Source: Tubulanus polymorphus (lineage: Eukaryota; Animalia; Nemertea). From it: a stretch of 64,000 bases of DNA. The notes under the pieces are model-generated. The model worked only from the letters and a program-made list of their open reading frames with translations. It ran no database searches and had not been told where the DNA came from. The DNA lies in assembly GCF_964204645.1 (NCBI RefSeq), contig NC_134029.1, positions 14,162,850-14,226,849 on the forward strand, in the 5' to 3' direction. The translations under genes were made by a program, and so were the position numbers. Positions 1 through 10,879 of this stretch are shown here, piece by piece. Each line of letters starts with the position of its first letter. Position 1 is the stretch's first letter.

Positions 1-7
1 AACTGGA

Positions 8-103
8 TGTAAAAGTACAACAAGTCAATACGTGGCCATGATGTATAGTTTATTTTAACAACTCTAGATGGCAGCACCTGCCAGTACAAACAAATACATT
101 ACA
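8..103 (-). repeat. 3' LTR of Gypsy element
   Basis: TG...CA bounded, 95/96 identical to 4313-4408; polypurine tract AAGGAGGA (minus strand) abuts it at 104-111. Confidence 0.95.
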
Positions 104-442
104 TCCTCCTTAAGTATAAAGAATACACCGAATGCTAAATTGTATGAACCAGCAAAAATTATACCTAATAGCCTAATATACTTATCTAACCTAAGACCAA
201 TTACTACAACAAGTAACTCAAGTTTGAGTTTTTTTGTGGTAAAAACAATAACCCAAAAGGACAGAAAACCATTTCTGTTCTAATCTAACATGCACAAGTT
301 TCTAATCTAACATGCACAAATTTCTAACAGGCACAAATAAGTAGATCAACATCGAATAATGCAAATTGATATTGTAGTTAATGTTAGTCATCATTGTACA
401 TTATTACAATGCAAATAAACTATCAGTTATTAAGTAACATAA

Positions 443-3111
443 TCAGCCAAGTAACTTGGTTTTTTTTACAAATCGACCGGACGTTTTGGAAACATTAGAA
501 TCACTAACAACCTGAGGAGTTTCAGGGGGGTCAGGGAGACTAACTACAGGAGATTCTGGGTAGAAGGGTGGAGATTGAGGAGGTTCAAATTCTGGTAGTC
601 CCTGAACTAATACCGGCGGTATAGGCAGAGTTTCCTCTCCAGTTTTAAGTAAGTGTCTACGATTACGACGCAATTGTTTACCATTAACATCATTAAAATA
701 TGATCTTTCATTATTATCAGCAACTGCTGTTACACGTGCCGGTTGCCAAGTGTCTTTTGCAGACTTTTTGTACCTCACTATTTCACCTGGCCTCAGTGTA
801 GGCAGTGATCTGGCGGCTCTGTCATAATATTTCTTGTACAACTCTTGCCTTGACTGAAGACGCAAGTGATCCCTATTAGAATTTGAATTTGATGGTTTTG
901 ATATGACCTTGGCAACTGGCAGTCTCGTTTTCAGATGTCTACTCATCAGTAACTCTGATGGGCTTTTACCCACACCCTCTAGAGGTGTATCTCTATATGC
1001 CATAAGAGCAAGGTAGATGTCTCCACTAGAATCCTCGGCTTTTTTTAACATGTTTTTAACTGTTTGTACAAAACGCTCAGCTTGTCCATTTGATTGTGGA
1101 AATGTTGGACTGCTAGTATCATGAACAAAGCCCCAGTTTCTGGCAAAGTTCTGAAAGTCTCTACTAGTAAACTGCGGTCCATTATCACTATAGGTAATGT
1201 CGGGTATTCCATGACGAGCGTAGATTGACTTCAACGCGTTAGTCGTTGATTTACTCTGGCAGTAACGCAACTTCTGGATACTTCGAGTAGAAGTCAACGC
1301 AGATCAGATAATCCCGATGTCTGAAGTGAAATAAATCACATGCCACCTCAGCCCATGGACGATCAGGCATTTCGTGAGGAATTAATGGTTCCTTGCGATT
1401 CGCGTTTCTCGTTTCTAGACATATTTTGCAGCGCGATACCATGCGTTCGATGTCTTTATTCATATCCGATCAATATAATATATCTCTCGCTCTGCTTTGT
1501 TTACATTTCACGATGCCGAAATGCGACTCGTGTACGATTTCGAGCATTTCCGGATGCATTTTGGCGGGAACTATGATACGCTGTCCGCGATACGCAATGC
1601 TGTCGATAACACTAATTTCATCACGAAATGTCATATGTTTTCCAAGTTCTGGATTGATATCTCGCTTATCTGTCGGCCAACCGATCATGACCGCAGTGCA
1701 AAGTTGCTGCAATACGGGTTCCGATTTCGTTTCCTCGCATAACTGGCATAACTGGAAGATATTTCTCGACGCTACAGACTTCCAGTTCTTGACAGTCTGC
1801 TGTTTCATCTAAACACGTACGACTGAGCGCATCTGCCACATACATTAGTTTACCCGGTTTGTAAACAACGTTGAATTGATATTCACGCAATGCCATGCAC
1901 ATTCCTTGTAATCGCGGTATAACCTTATCTTACGACTTCGTGCAGATCGACACTAACGACTTATGATCCGTCTCGATTGTAATCTCGCGACCATAAATAT
2001 AGTCGTGGAATTTCTGTGTTCCAACGACGACCGCTAGGAGTTCCCGTTCTATTTTTGCATACCGACATTGTGTATCATTTAAACTGACAGGTTTCCCTTC
2101 TTGTAATAAAACAGCTCCTAGTCCCATTGAACTTGCGACTGCAGTGTGACTGCTTTAGAATTATCGAACAGTTTCAGAACCGGTGCCTCTGAAACTAGTT
2201 TCTTAACGTGCTGGAAGCTCGCATGCTGCGGAGGGTCCCAATGCCATGGTACCTCTTTACACGTAATCTGACGTAACGGTTCTGTAATTCCAGACAGATT
2301 CGGGATGAATTTGCCCAGGTATTCTACCATACCCAGAAACCGCAAAACTGCTGATGAATCGGTTGGAGCCGGCATCTTTACGACTGCTCGAATCTTTTCC
2401 GGTTCAGCTTTCTACCCCTCGTTGCCAATTAAGTGACCGCAGAACTTAACTTCAGGTTCGCATAACTCCAGTTTATTGGAGTTAAATCGGACACCATTGT
2501 TGCGCGACGTTTGCAACATGTCTCGACATGTAGTGTCGTGATCCTTGGATGTCACTCCCCTAAGTAACACATCATCAACTATACACTTCATGTCTGCTAT
2601 GTTCTCATCAATCTGATCGCAGATATCGGTATCTACCGAAGGGAGCATTAAAAATTGTCAGTCTCGAACTATCCTCGTCAAGGACGGCCTGCAAGAATCC
2701 AGATGTAGCATCGAATCTGGAGAAGTACTGCGCTTTCGCACATTAGTTCGCTATGTCCTCAATAGTGACCATAGAATAGTGTTCAAGATGAATCGCTCTA
2801 TTCAAATTGAGCGGATCGTTAAAAATTCGTAATTACCATTTGGTTTGGTTATGATCACACAACTACTGACCCAGTCTGTAGGTACATCAACTTTCGTGAT
2901 CACTTCTTGTCCCTCCATGTGATCAAGTTCAGCTTTGAACTTTGCTTGCAACGCTAATGGTACCTTTCGGCGACTCCACTACTGGAGGTACAGTAGGATC
3001 TAGTTCTATATGATGTTCACCAGGAAGACATCCTAGTCCCTGGAAAACATCGCTGATTTCAGCCAGTATCTCGTCCCTTGTCATTGGCGTTGAAGTGTCT
3101 ACCATCATCAC
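443..3111 (-). pseudogene. Gypsy pol (RT, RNase H, integrase) broken into many ORF pieces
   Basis: RT pieces 'IVDDVL' and 'LRFLGMVEYLGKFIPNLS'; RNase H 'GLGAVLLQ..YAKIERELLAVV..ETDHKSL'; integrase 'HESHFG..C..C', 'SDNGPQF', 'PQSNGQAERFVQTVK'. Confidence 0.92.
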
Positions 3112-3204
3112 TAGTTACTAGGTTTAAATCAGTACAGTACATGTCCCAACACCGGGCTTACATTGTCACTAACAATGTAGAAATCGAGCTCCATTTTACA
3201 GTTC

Positions 3205-4247
3205 TTATACTGACATGGTAAGTTGGCAACACCAAGTGGTGACATTTTTCGAATTGTTGTAGGTCACTAGTTTAGTAGCTGTATTCGTGATGACAGTTGT
3301 TGCTGATTTCAGCTGATCAAAAGTTTCTCGCGGAAGCACATTGGCCTGCGCCCCTGTATCTAATTCGACAGTTGCCGGTATACTGTTGATGCACACATTC
3401 TCAATCCAGTCATCTGACCGACTTAGACTACCGATGGACAGACAGCCTATGAATAAATCATCCTCAATGTCGACAGTGTCAACCGTTTTACTAGGTTTAA
3501 TTTTTCCTCTCGATTTTGAGCAACAACACTTAGAAAAGTAATTTAGTCCTTTACAGTTAAAACATGTCTTTCCATAGGCCGGACATTTACCATAATCGTG
3601 TTTACTGTTACAGTTCCTGCAGGATGCAGATGGAACTGTGATTGACGATTTAAATTTCTGTTGCCTATTCTGTTGCTGTTTGTACCGGACATCGCCTGGT
3701 GGTCTGGTCCTTATAGCGTGAACTGCTTCCATGCCGCTTGCAGAACTCAGGGTCTTTAGCTGAACATCACTGAATTCTTGAGCTCTACATAAATCAATCG
3801 CTTTCGTCAGTGATAGGTTTGATTCTCGTAGTAATCGAGCTCGTAATGCTTCACTTTGAATGCCACACACTTTACGATCTGTAAGCGTTCCAAACTCACA
3901 ATGTTTTGCTTTACTCCTTAGATCGGTTACATATGTATCAATATTTTCACCCCTCTCCTGACTTCTGGTGAAAAACACATGTCTTAAATAAGTGACATTC
4001 TTCTTTGGCTCACAGTACTCTCTAAAGCGATCTTTAATTCAGATCTTTTTTTTCCAGCATCAGTCAATTCCAATGTATTATATACTCGCCTGGCCTCAGC
4101 TCCAATTACGGCTAGGAATTCCGGTGCCTTGCCTTCTCTTTCCGAGGCAATCATAAACAGATCAAAACCCTGTTCAAACTCTCGCCACGACTCGGCAAGG
4201 TTCTTGGACGCCATGTCCAACTCTGGAGGCGGTTTGAAGGTCTCAAT
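3205..4247 (-). pseudogene. Gypsy gag and aspartic protease (frameshifted)
   Basis: KPPPELDM..NLAESW gag start; Cys knuckles CRNCNSKH..CPAYGKTCFNC; protease motif LDTGAQANVL. Confidence 0.9.
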
Positions 4248-4301
4248 TGGAGTAGTTTTGATAGCCCTTACTTGTTACAGTAGATGTGGAAAATCATTTG
4301 T

Positions 4302-4312
4302 TTCTGACACCA
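4302..4312 (-). other. Primer-binding site TGGTGTCAGAA, complementary to a tRNA-Leu 3' end
   Basis: Immediately inside the 5' LTR; starts TGG; matches the ...UUCUGACACCA end of tRNA-Leu. Confidence 0.75.
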
Positions 4313-4408
4313 TGTAAAAGTACAACAAGTCAATACGTGGCCATGATATATAGTTTATTTTAACAACTCTAGATGGCAGCACCTGCCAGTACAAACAAAT
4401 ACATTACA
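4313..4408 (-). repeat. 5' LTR of Gypsy element
   Basis: Direct repeat of 8-103, followed on the minus strand by the PBS. Confidence 0.95.
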
Positions 4409-4983
4409 CTGGAGTTTTGATACTCGACGAACTAAAGGTTATCGGTAAAGTAGCGTGGAATAGCAAAAATAAACAACTCAACGGGCTGGCTATGGACGCC
4501 ACAGAAATGTCTTCTTTGAAAGATATTTTCAAAAAATTATCTGGAGAATGTACGCCAGAGAGGGCTGAATATGAGTTGCAGTTGCTGGGGAGGGATTTAA
4601 GCAGTGATTTTGATATTATTGGACCTTATTCTAATTGTCACACAACAATGGATGCAGCTTTTACGACAGCTTGTCTGTATGATGTCTTGAGAATCATTTA
4701 TGAGTATGGATTCAGGGTAAGTTTTTAAGTTGATTGCAAATGAAACCCACTGATAGATATTCATCTTCAGATATCTTTAATTTTCATATTTCTTTGCAGA
4801 CAAGGGCGGTGGTGACTGATGGAGCCAGCACCAACCTATCGATGATAAAACCACTTATTGGTTATCCGCACTGCCTTTGGTCTGAAGGATGCCCAGGAAG
4901 ATCGGCATAAAGTTGAACCTTGGACGATAAACCCCCATGAACCAGAAAAGAAAATTTACTTATTCATCTGTCCATCACATCAA
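4409..4983 (+). pseudogene. P-element-like transposase fragment #1; its 5' part lies left of the Gypsy insertion, outside the window
   Basis: GVLILDELKV (first catalytic D); GT-AG intron 4717-4799; VVTDGASTNLSM (second D); frameshift, then IYLFICPSHQ (the D/CxxH motif position). Confidence 0.75.
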
Positions 4984-4986
4984 GTA

Positions 4987-5100
4987 CCGTATTTTCCGGC
5001 CAATAAGCCGACTCGGCCAATAAGCCGAGGGCAGTTTTTTAGCCTAAAATACATGGATTTCATAAAGCTTCGCCCAATAAGCCGAGGCCCTTCATCAGAG
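4987..5100. mobile_element. One end of a Tc2/pogo-type MITE
   Basis: TA|CCGTATTTTCCGGCCAATAAGCCG with internal repeats of CCAATAAGCCGA; partner TIR not found. Confidence 0.45.
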
Positions 5101-5414
5101 ATTTTAATTCACTGATTTGTCAATTAGTTCGTCTTAATTGCTGATTTAAGAGGCTGACAGTAGCGCCCGCCGATGTGTGAGAGTGCTGTGTATACTATCA
5201 TCGCCGAGTGACTGTGCTATATATAGACTCACTCAGCTGATTACTATACACACAGCCATACACGCAGTACGCGGCTCACTGCTGATTTGCATATATACTA
5301 ATGTATGAACTGACACGTGGTAGTACGATGAACTCGCGCGTTATATAAATGTATACCATTGCCGCTGTGCAGTGATGGAACAATCAAAGTAAAAATAAAA
5401 TAGTGCAAAATAGA

Positions 5415-6296
5415 TTATAATTGGTAGTAAATAATGACCTCAAATATATATCGACCACTTTTCTTGATTTCTCCATAACGCGCATGGGTGTATTTACACA
5501 GAAAGTCTGTCCAAACAGAAACTGTTAGGTCTAATCCAAAAATTTGTGTGACGAGTCCGACAAAAACTGCTTCAAGATCCTTGTTTGGCAATACTTTGTC
5601 TGTTGTAAGCTGAAAAAATTGAAAATTTCATTATGTTTTGATGTGTTTTTATTTTGTATTAAGAACAATAAAAAAAATATATTTTAAAACATTGTTTACT
5701 TACCCTGATAATTCTTTTTTTATGTTTTTGCAATTCGGTTACATTTACACAATTCATGATTTCGGTATCAATTGATTTTACCATATCCATGAATTCTGGC
5801 TTGAGTATGTAAAGTCTACCTTTATCATGGCACCAAACCTCAACAGGCAACTTTGAAGACTTGCTCTCATGCAAGATTATTATTTTCGAAAGGACTCGAA
5901 GTTTTCGAAGTTTTTTCTGGGCTTCTGTGTTACCCCGTCGACGTTCACGCTTATACAAAGAAAACATAAGTCCTAGACAGCCCCCATAGTAATAGTGATA
6001 GATCCCATAATAATTTGTGAAGAGTAGATATGAATTGTCCATTGCTCGAAAATTGACGAAGTTTATTATTCCACTCCAACGTGAAATTAACGTATGGATC
6101 CGTCATGGATTGGGTTTTTTTATAACAGCGTAGAAATGTATCATGCAGGTCAAAAATTAAATTGCTCACTAACATTCCTTCTTTCAACATTTTTTTCCTG
6201 CAACATTTTGTCTTTTACATCCTTACAGATATCTATCAAATAGATTGATTCAGTCATTTTAATAGCGGAATTAGCTTTGCGTTATTGTGCCATGGT
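5415..6296 (-). pseudogene. Convergent accessory gene of P-like element #1 (DxGxL-module protein), degraded
   Basis: ORF pieces 5951-6190 and 5704-6042 (YYYGGCL...LPVEVWCHDKGRLYILKPEF); GT-AG intron 5610-5703; last exon 5415-5609 (..FLCKYTHARYGE..). Confidence 0.55.
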
Positions 6297-6799
6297 CACT
6301 TTTACAGTGTGAAAAAGAGTACTGAAACACTGATGCTTATACGTTATTTATTTCAAAACACATGTTGATAACCTTCTGTTGACCCACCAACTTGGATCAA
6401 AATATAACCCACCTGTTGAAGCTGGAACCCAGCCAGTAACCCTCCATATATGTATGCAATACGCTAGTGCCGCACTCTATGTTACACATCAGGGACTGAG
6501 TGCTACGGAAACTGCCTGTGAATGAAGGCCTAAATTGAGTCATTCATAGGTGTTTATAAATGCTAATTACACTGTTCAGGCTTTTCCTGGCTATTACACT
6601 TAACACCCCTTAGACAAAGCCCATTCTTCTGCTTCGATTGGTGCATTCATGATGAATATAACACAAATACTTATTGAGCTACAGGCTTTCGAAGTTACCT
6701 CAAAAGTCGGCCAAAAAGTTGTACATTTTTAGTCTTTATGAACTTTGCTGCTATGCAGCTGTATTTCTATATTATATTTGTACCTATGCATATTTTCTT

Positions 6800-7028
6800 A
6801 CCACAATCAATTGCAAAGTTGTAGCTCATGAAATCGTTAACGAGGCATCTTTTGTTATCACGGTCAATAACAAAATCGTAGGTGCTGACATGTTCTATGA
6901 TTGTGGTGGGTTTCAAGGTCATTGGTTTTTGTATATGGTCACCAGGGGGCGTTGAATATTGGAATTGTTAGATTGTTGAACATTTGAAACCACTTCCCAA
7001 GTGGGCATGGTGTCCCTGGACCCCTAGT
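6800..7028 (+). repeat. 3' part of Helentron-like HINE family A
   Basis: Same sequence as 43490-43651; ends CCCAAGTGGGCATGGTGTCCCTGGACCCCTAG|TTT. Confidence 0.7.
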
Positions 7029-8984
7029 TTTAGTAGGGTATCTTTTAGCATTATGCCCTTATACCATTTGATTGACACCTGGGGCAGGCCTGGTCGTCTG
7101 CCGATGATGTCAGATGTAAACAATGATATAACCATGTGCATTGGCACATGGCAAAAGGAACGTGACAACAAATGCAAGTTCAATTCTCTTTTGTGCAATG
7201 ATTTTTTTCAACTGAAGCCAGCTATACCATTAGGCTGTACATGGATAGAAATTTGTTCAAGTTTTCACATTTTATGTAGACACTGTAATGGTTTTTTCCC
7301 CAGGCCGGCAAAAGGCCCATTTGGATTTTATTTTGTCTTAATATATCTATGCAAAAAATATTTTCTATACTCTTTGGTGGGCAGATTCAAATTCTGAAGG
7401 GAAGGACTAGTCCAGCCCCTAATTGAGCTGCCAAATTCCACCCTTGTAATCAGTTGCATGAGAACTAAAACCTTAAAAATTCATCCTGGACTCGCCTCAT
7501 ACTAAATTTCTTGAACCTCGATTTTGCAATCCAAAAGAATTTATTAATTACGTAGTAAGATGATACTTGAATACCCGGAATTCAAATTTCCAATTAATGC
7601 AGGTGTCCCGTGCAGTTGTCCGGGTCTACATGTATTTCATAGGTGCACATCCTCTTTAAAGTTTCTTTCTAGTTTTTCATTGGGTTGCTCTTGTAATTCA
7701 GGTGGAAAATCTCCAAATTCAACTGAAACTAAAAAATGATTTGGTGGATAGATTCAATGGAAGTGACAATGACTATGGACAAGGTCTTCAAAATATGCAA
7801 CAAAATCTGGAGGCAGTTCATAACGAATTGATTGAAAAAACTGCTGAGGTTTGTGTAAATTGCTGTTATTGATATATGTACAGCTAATCCATGTAGAAAG
7901 TGTACAAAAGTCTGGTTTCCCAGTTCTCTTCCTTATTATACCCCGCAACAAAGTGTAGGCTCTAACTGGAGTCAGGTTGTCCGTCATCCACCCAATGACA
8001 CAATCTTGTCCGGAGAACTCATCCTAAACTACTGGCTCTCTGATCTTGTAACTTAACAAATATGTTTGTCTGGATATGTGTAAAGTTACTGCTAGGTGCT
8101 ATCTGCAAATATGTATCTCCATAACCGTTCAGGTAAATATTCAGAGGAGAACAGGTTAATTGAGTAAATTAGTGAGTAAGTAATTAGTGGTTGGTACGGC
8201 ATGAAGTAATATGCTTAACCCTTTCAATACCACATAGTATCTCTGCTGCTGTACCGGGGGGAATTTAGGGTTTATAGGGGATGTTTGAGGCTTCATAGAA
8301 TAGTTACCTAGGCATCTGACACAGAAAAATTATATAGCATGTTGTTGATAACTTTTGGGCCAAAAAGTAGACATAAATAATTGGAATGTAAGTGAACTTG
8401 AGGTCTAGGTCACATACTCCAAGATGGCCACCAAGAAAAAGATTCACGAAAAAGTTTCAGACAAACTGCTCTGTCTCCCAGGAAAATGCACTGATCTATT
8501 CAATTTCAAGTGAAATTGTATGCCATATCCTTACTTTATGTAGTAAAAATTTCAAAGCAATTTACCCATTTACCCACTTTTCCACCGACATGTTGGAAGG
8601 CTGGATTTAAGGGGTTTCATTGGGGTATAATTTCAGGCCTCAGAAAATTGTTTCCTATGTATTTGACACCGATATATTATATACCATGGTGTTGATAACC
8701 TTTGGGCTTACAAATATGACAAATAATTTGGATATATATGACCTTGAGGATGGACAATTTCGGTGTCCGTTGCCATGACAACTGGATCAACAGGGCCTAA
8801 AAAAATTGTCACTGATTTCATTTTCATCATCAAAATCATTGCCGGCACTAAACTATTTGCTGACTTAGTCTCATCATCAGAAGTGCACTGTTATATTCGT
8901 TGTCACTCTCAATTTGTTCACTACCAAATTCCAAGTCACCAGCATCATATCTGTCAGCATCATATACGAGCTGGGCAACGTTAA

Positions 8985-9656
8985 AATTTATATGAGCTTT
9001 TTTGCGAATATCTGATCACAAAAATATTGGTTTTGAAAAGCCATTTAGAAAGCAAAGACTCCTCTATGATTGGCTTAGCCGCAGAAATCAGCAGGTGTTC
9101 ACGTGAACCCGCGGTATCGTCTACCGTTTTACTTCCGGGTTTTATTTTAAGATCTAAAATTGTATTTCAAGATCGATTTCTGTGAAAGCTTTAGTTGATT
9201 TGGTTTATAGGAGGAATATTTTTATAGCACTACAGAAAATATCATTGACCATTGTGCAAAGTCCGGGATAAATAGCTTTTTCTTTAATCGGATAGATGAC
9301 CTTGATATGCTAATTTGCCATGTGCTCATACTACAAATTCAATCAAATTTTATTCTGCAAAAAATATCGAATCCAATTCAATTTTGTTTTATTGAGCAAA
9401 TTTCAGAAAATTCAATTCTATTCCGCATTTAAATCAATTAGACCACGGGAAAAGATTTATCTGAGGTATTTGTTCCTGCCAGATCCAGTCGCTGTCTGTA
9501 CTACTTTTGTATTCTACGATTGTATTGTGTAAATTATTAGGTAATGACTCTCAGCTGGGAGTGTATTTTGACAAATTTAACCCACAGAATGCATCATTAT
9601 TTGCCATTTCATGAAAAGCTGACAGGCTGGCCATAGTGCCCCTTGGGGCTCTTGTT
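8985..9656 (+). repeat. HINE family B copy, 5'-truncated
   Basis: Near-identical to 60160-60861; ends GGCTGGCCATAGTGCCCCTTGGGGCTCTTGTT. Confidence 0.75.
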
Positions 9657-10495
9657 TATGATCTATTTTGAAATGGGATTTTTTGCGTTAGTGGCATGTC
9701 TATACTAACAAATTTTTATCTGTCTGTTGCCCGACCATGTGTCTGTGGATATATGTATCTACATTATTGATTTTTTACCGAGTGTTGCTCGTGCAATGGA
9801 AATGTTTCTTTCAATGTGTTTCTTTCAATGGCTGTAGCAATCCCCGCTGTATATGACTGTTCATAGAATGCCTCTATCTTCGGGCACTAACATAGATACT
9901 AGGTGAAAGGTCATTCTGGGAAAAAAATATTGGTAGGCCAAAACCGTAGCGGTTCCTACGGCCTTGAATTATGCGGAGAAAAGCAATTATCTAAATTGGT
10001 GCTAATATCTGAGTGACGAGTAATTAAGGCAGACTCAACTATGTGGCATTTCGTGTAAGTATATTACTTAATGCCTTGCCAACCAATGATTACTTACTCA
10101 ATAATTTACTCAATTTACCCGTTCCCCTCTGTATGTAATACCCAAACGGTTATGGAAATACATACAATTGGGTGCATAGTGCCTAGCGATATAGGGTATG
10201 TACCAGTTTGGTGAAAAACATGACACCAACCAAAAATTGTTCCCAGACCTCTAATTAGTTGATTTCTGAAGAGTTTAGCTCTGGACTGAAATGTGCATAC
10301 AAAACCCCTTGAGCTACTAGAATACCAATTATACAAGGCATTTATTTTTTCAATCACTGCTAGTCCTACAATTTTCTTTGACTGCCATGAACCAAACCCA
10401 GCGAAGCTTTCTCAATCTTCAGCTTCCTTATTTCTTCTCCCTGTTATGGGGTTTGTATCTGATTTAATTTGAATTTGTTTTTTTTTTTCCGCTAG

Positions 10496-10879
10496 GTGAA
10501 ACATCTAAATATGAGCATATCCCGAGAAAAAGATAAATCCATAGATTTGGAAAAAACTATGAATAAATATGATATCATTGTTGAACAGCTTACACAAGAA
10601 CTTGAATGTGATAGGAAAAAAATTGATATAGTCATGAACGAAAATGGCAGCGCTGTTATACGTCAGAATGAGCTTGAAAGACAGGTTATGGATTTGGAAG
10701 CTCACAATCTGCGGATAACTCATGAGCTGGAGAAATCAAACGGTCTCCTTGAAACTTTCAAACAAGAAAAGATGAAATTAAAGGAGGAATTGCAAGAGAC
10801 AAAACAAGTTTTAGCAAAAGAGTATGCTGTGAATAATAAACTTACAATGGAAAAATCTGAAGCCTGTCAGAAATTAGAG
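10496..10879 (+). CDS. Host coiled-coil protein exon (first seen in window), phase 0-0
   Basis: Polypyrimidine tract + AG|GTG; 128 open codons rich in E/K/Q/L; GAG|GTAAGT donor. Confidence 0.85.

Larger units (their letters stand above)
8..4408 (-). mobile_element. Ty3/Gypsy LTR retrotransposon (Mag-like), full structure but coding region decayed
   Basis: 96-bp LTRs TGTAAAAG...ATTACA at 8-103 and 4313-4408 (1 mismatch). 5-bp TSD CTGGA at 3-7 and 4409-4413. PBS and PPT present. Domain order gag-PR-RT-RH-IN on the minus strand. Confidence 0.95.

Noticed and set aside
68-283. 71-aa plus-strand ORF and other short antisense ORFs over TE coding regions
   Set aside because: Chance or shadow ORFs on LTR/UTR sequence and on the opposite strand of pol and transposase genes
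6968-7987. Minus-strand ORFs of 76-77 aa
   Set aside because: No recognisable motifs, and their ends run into repeat sequence
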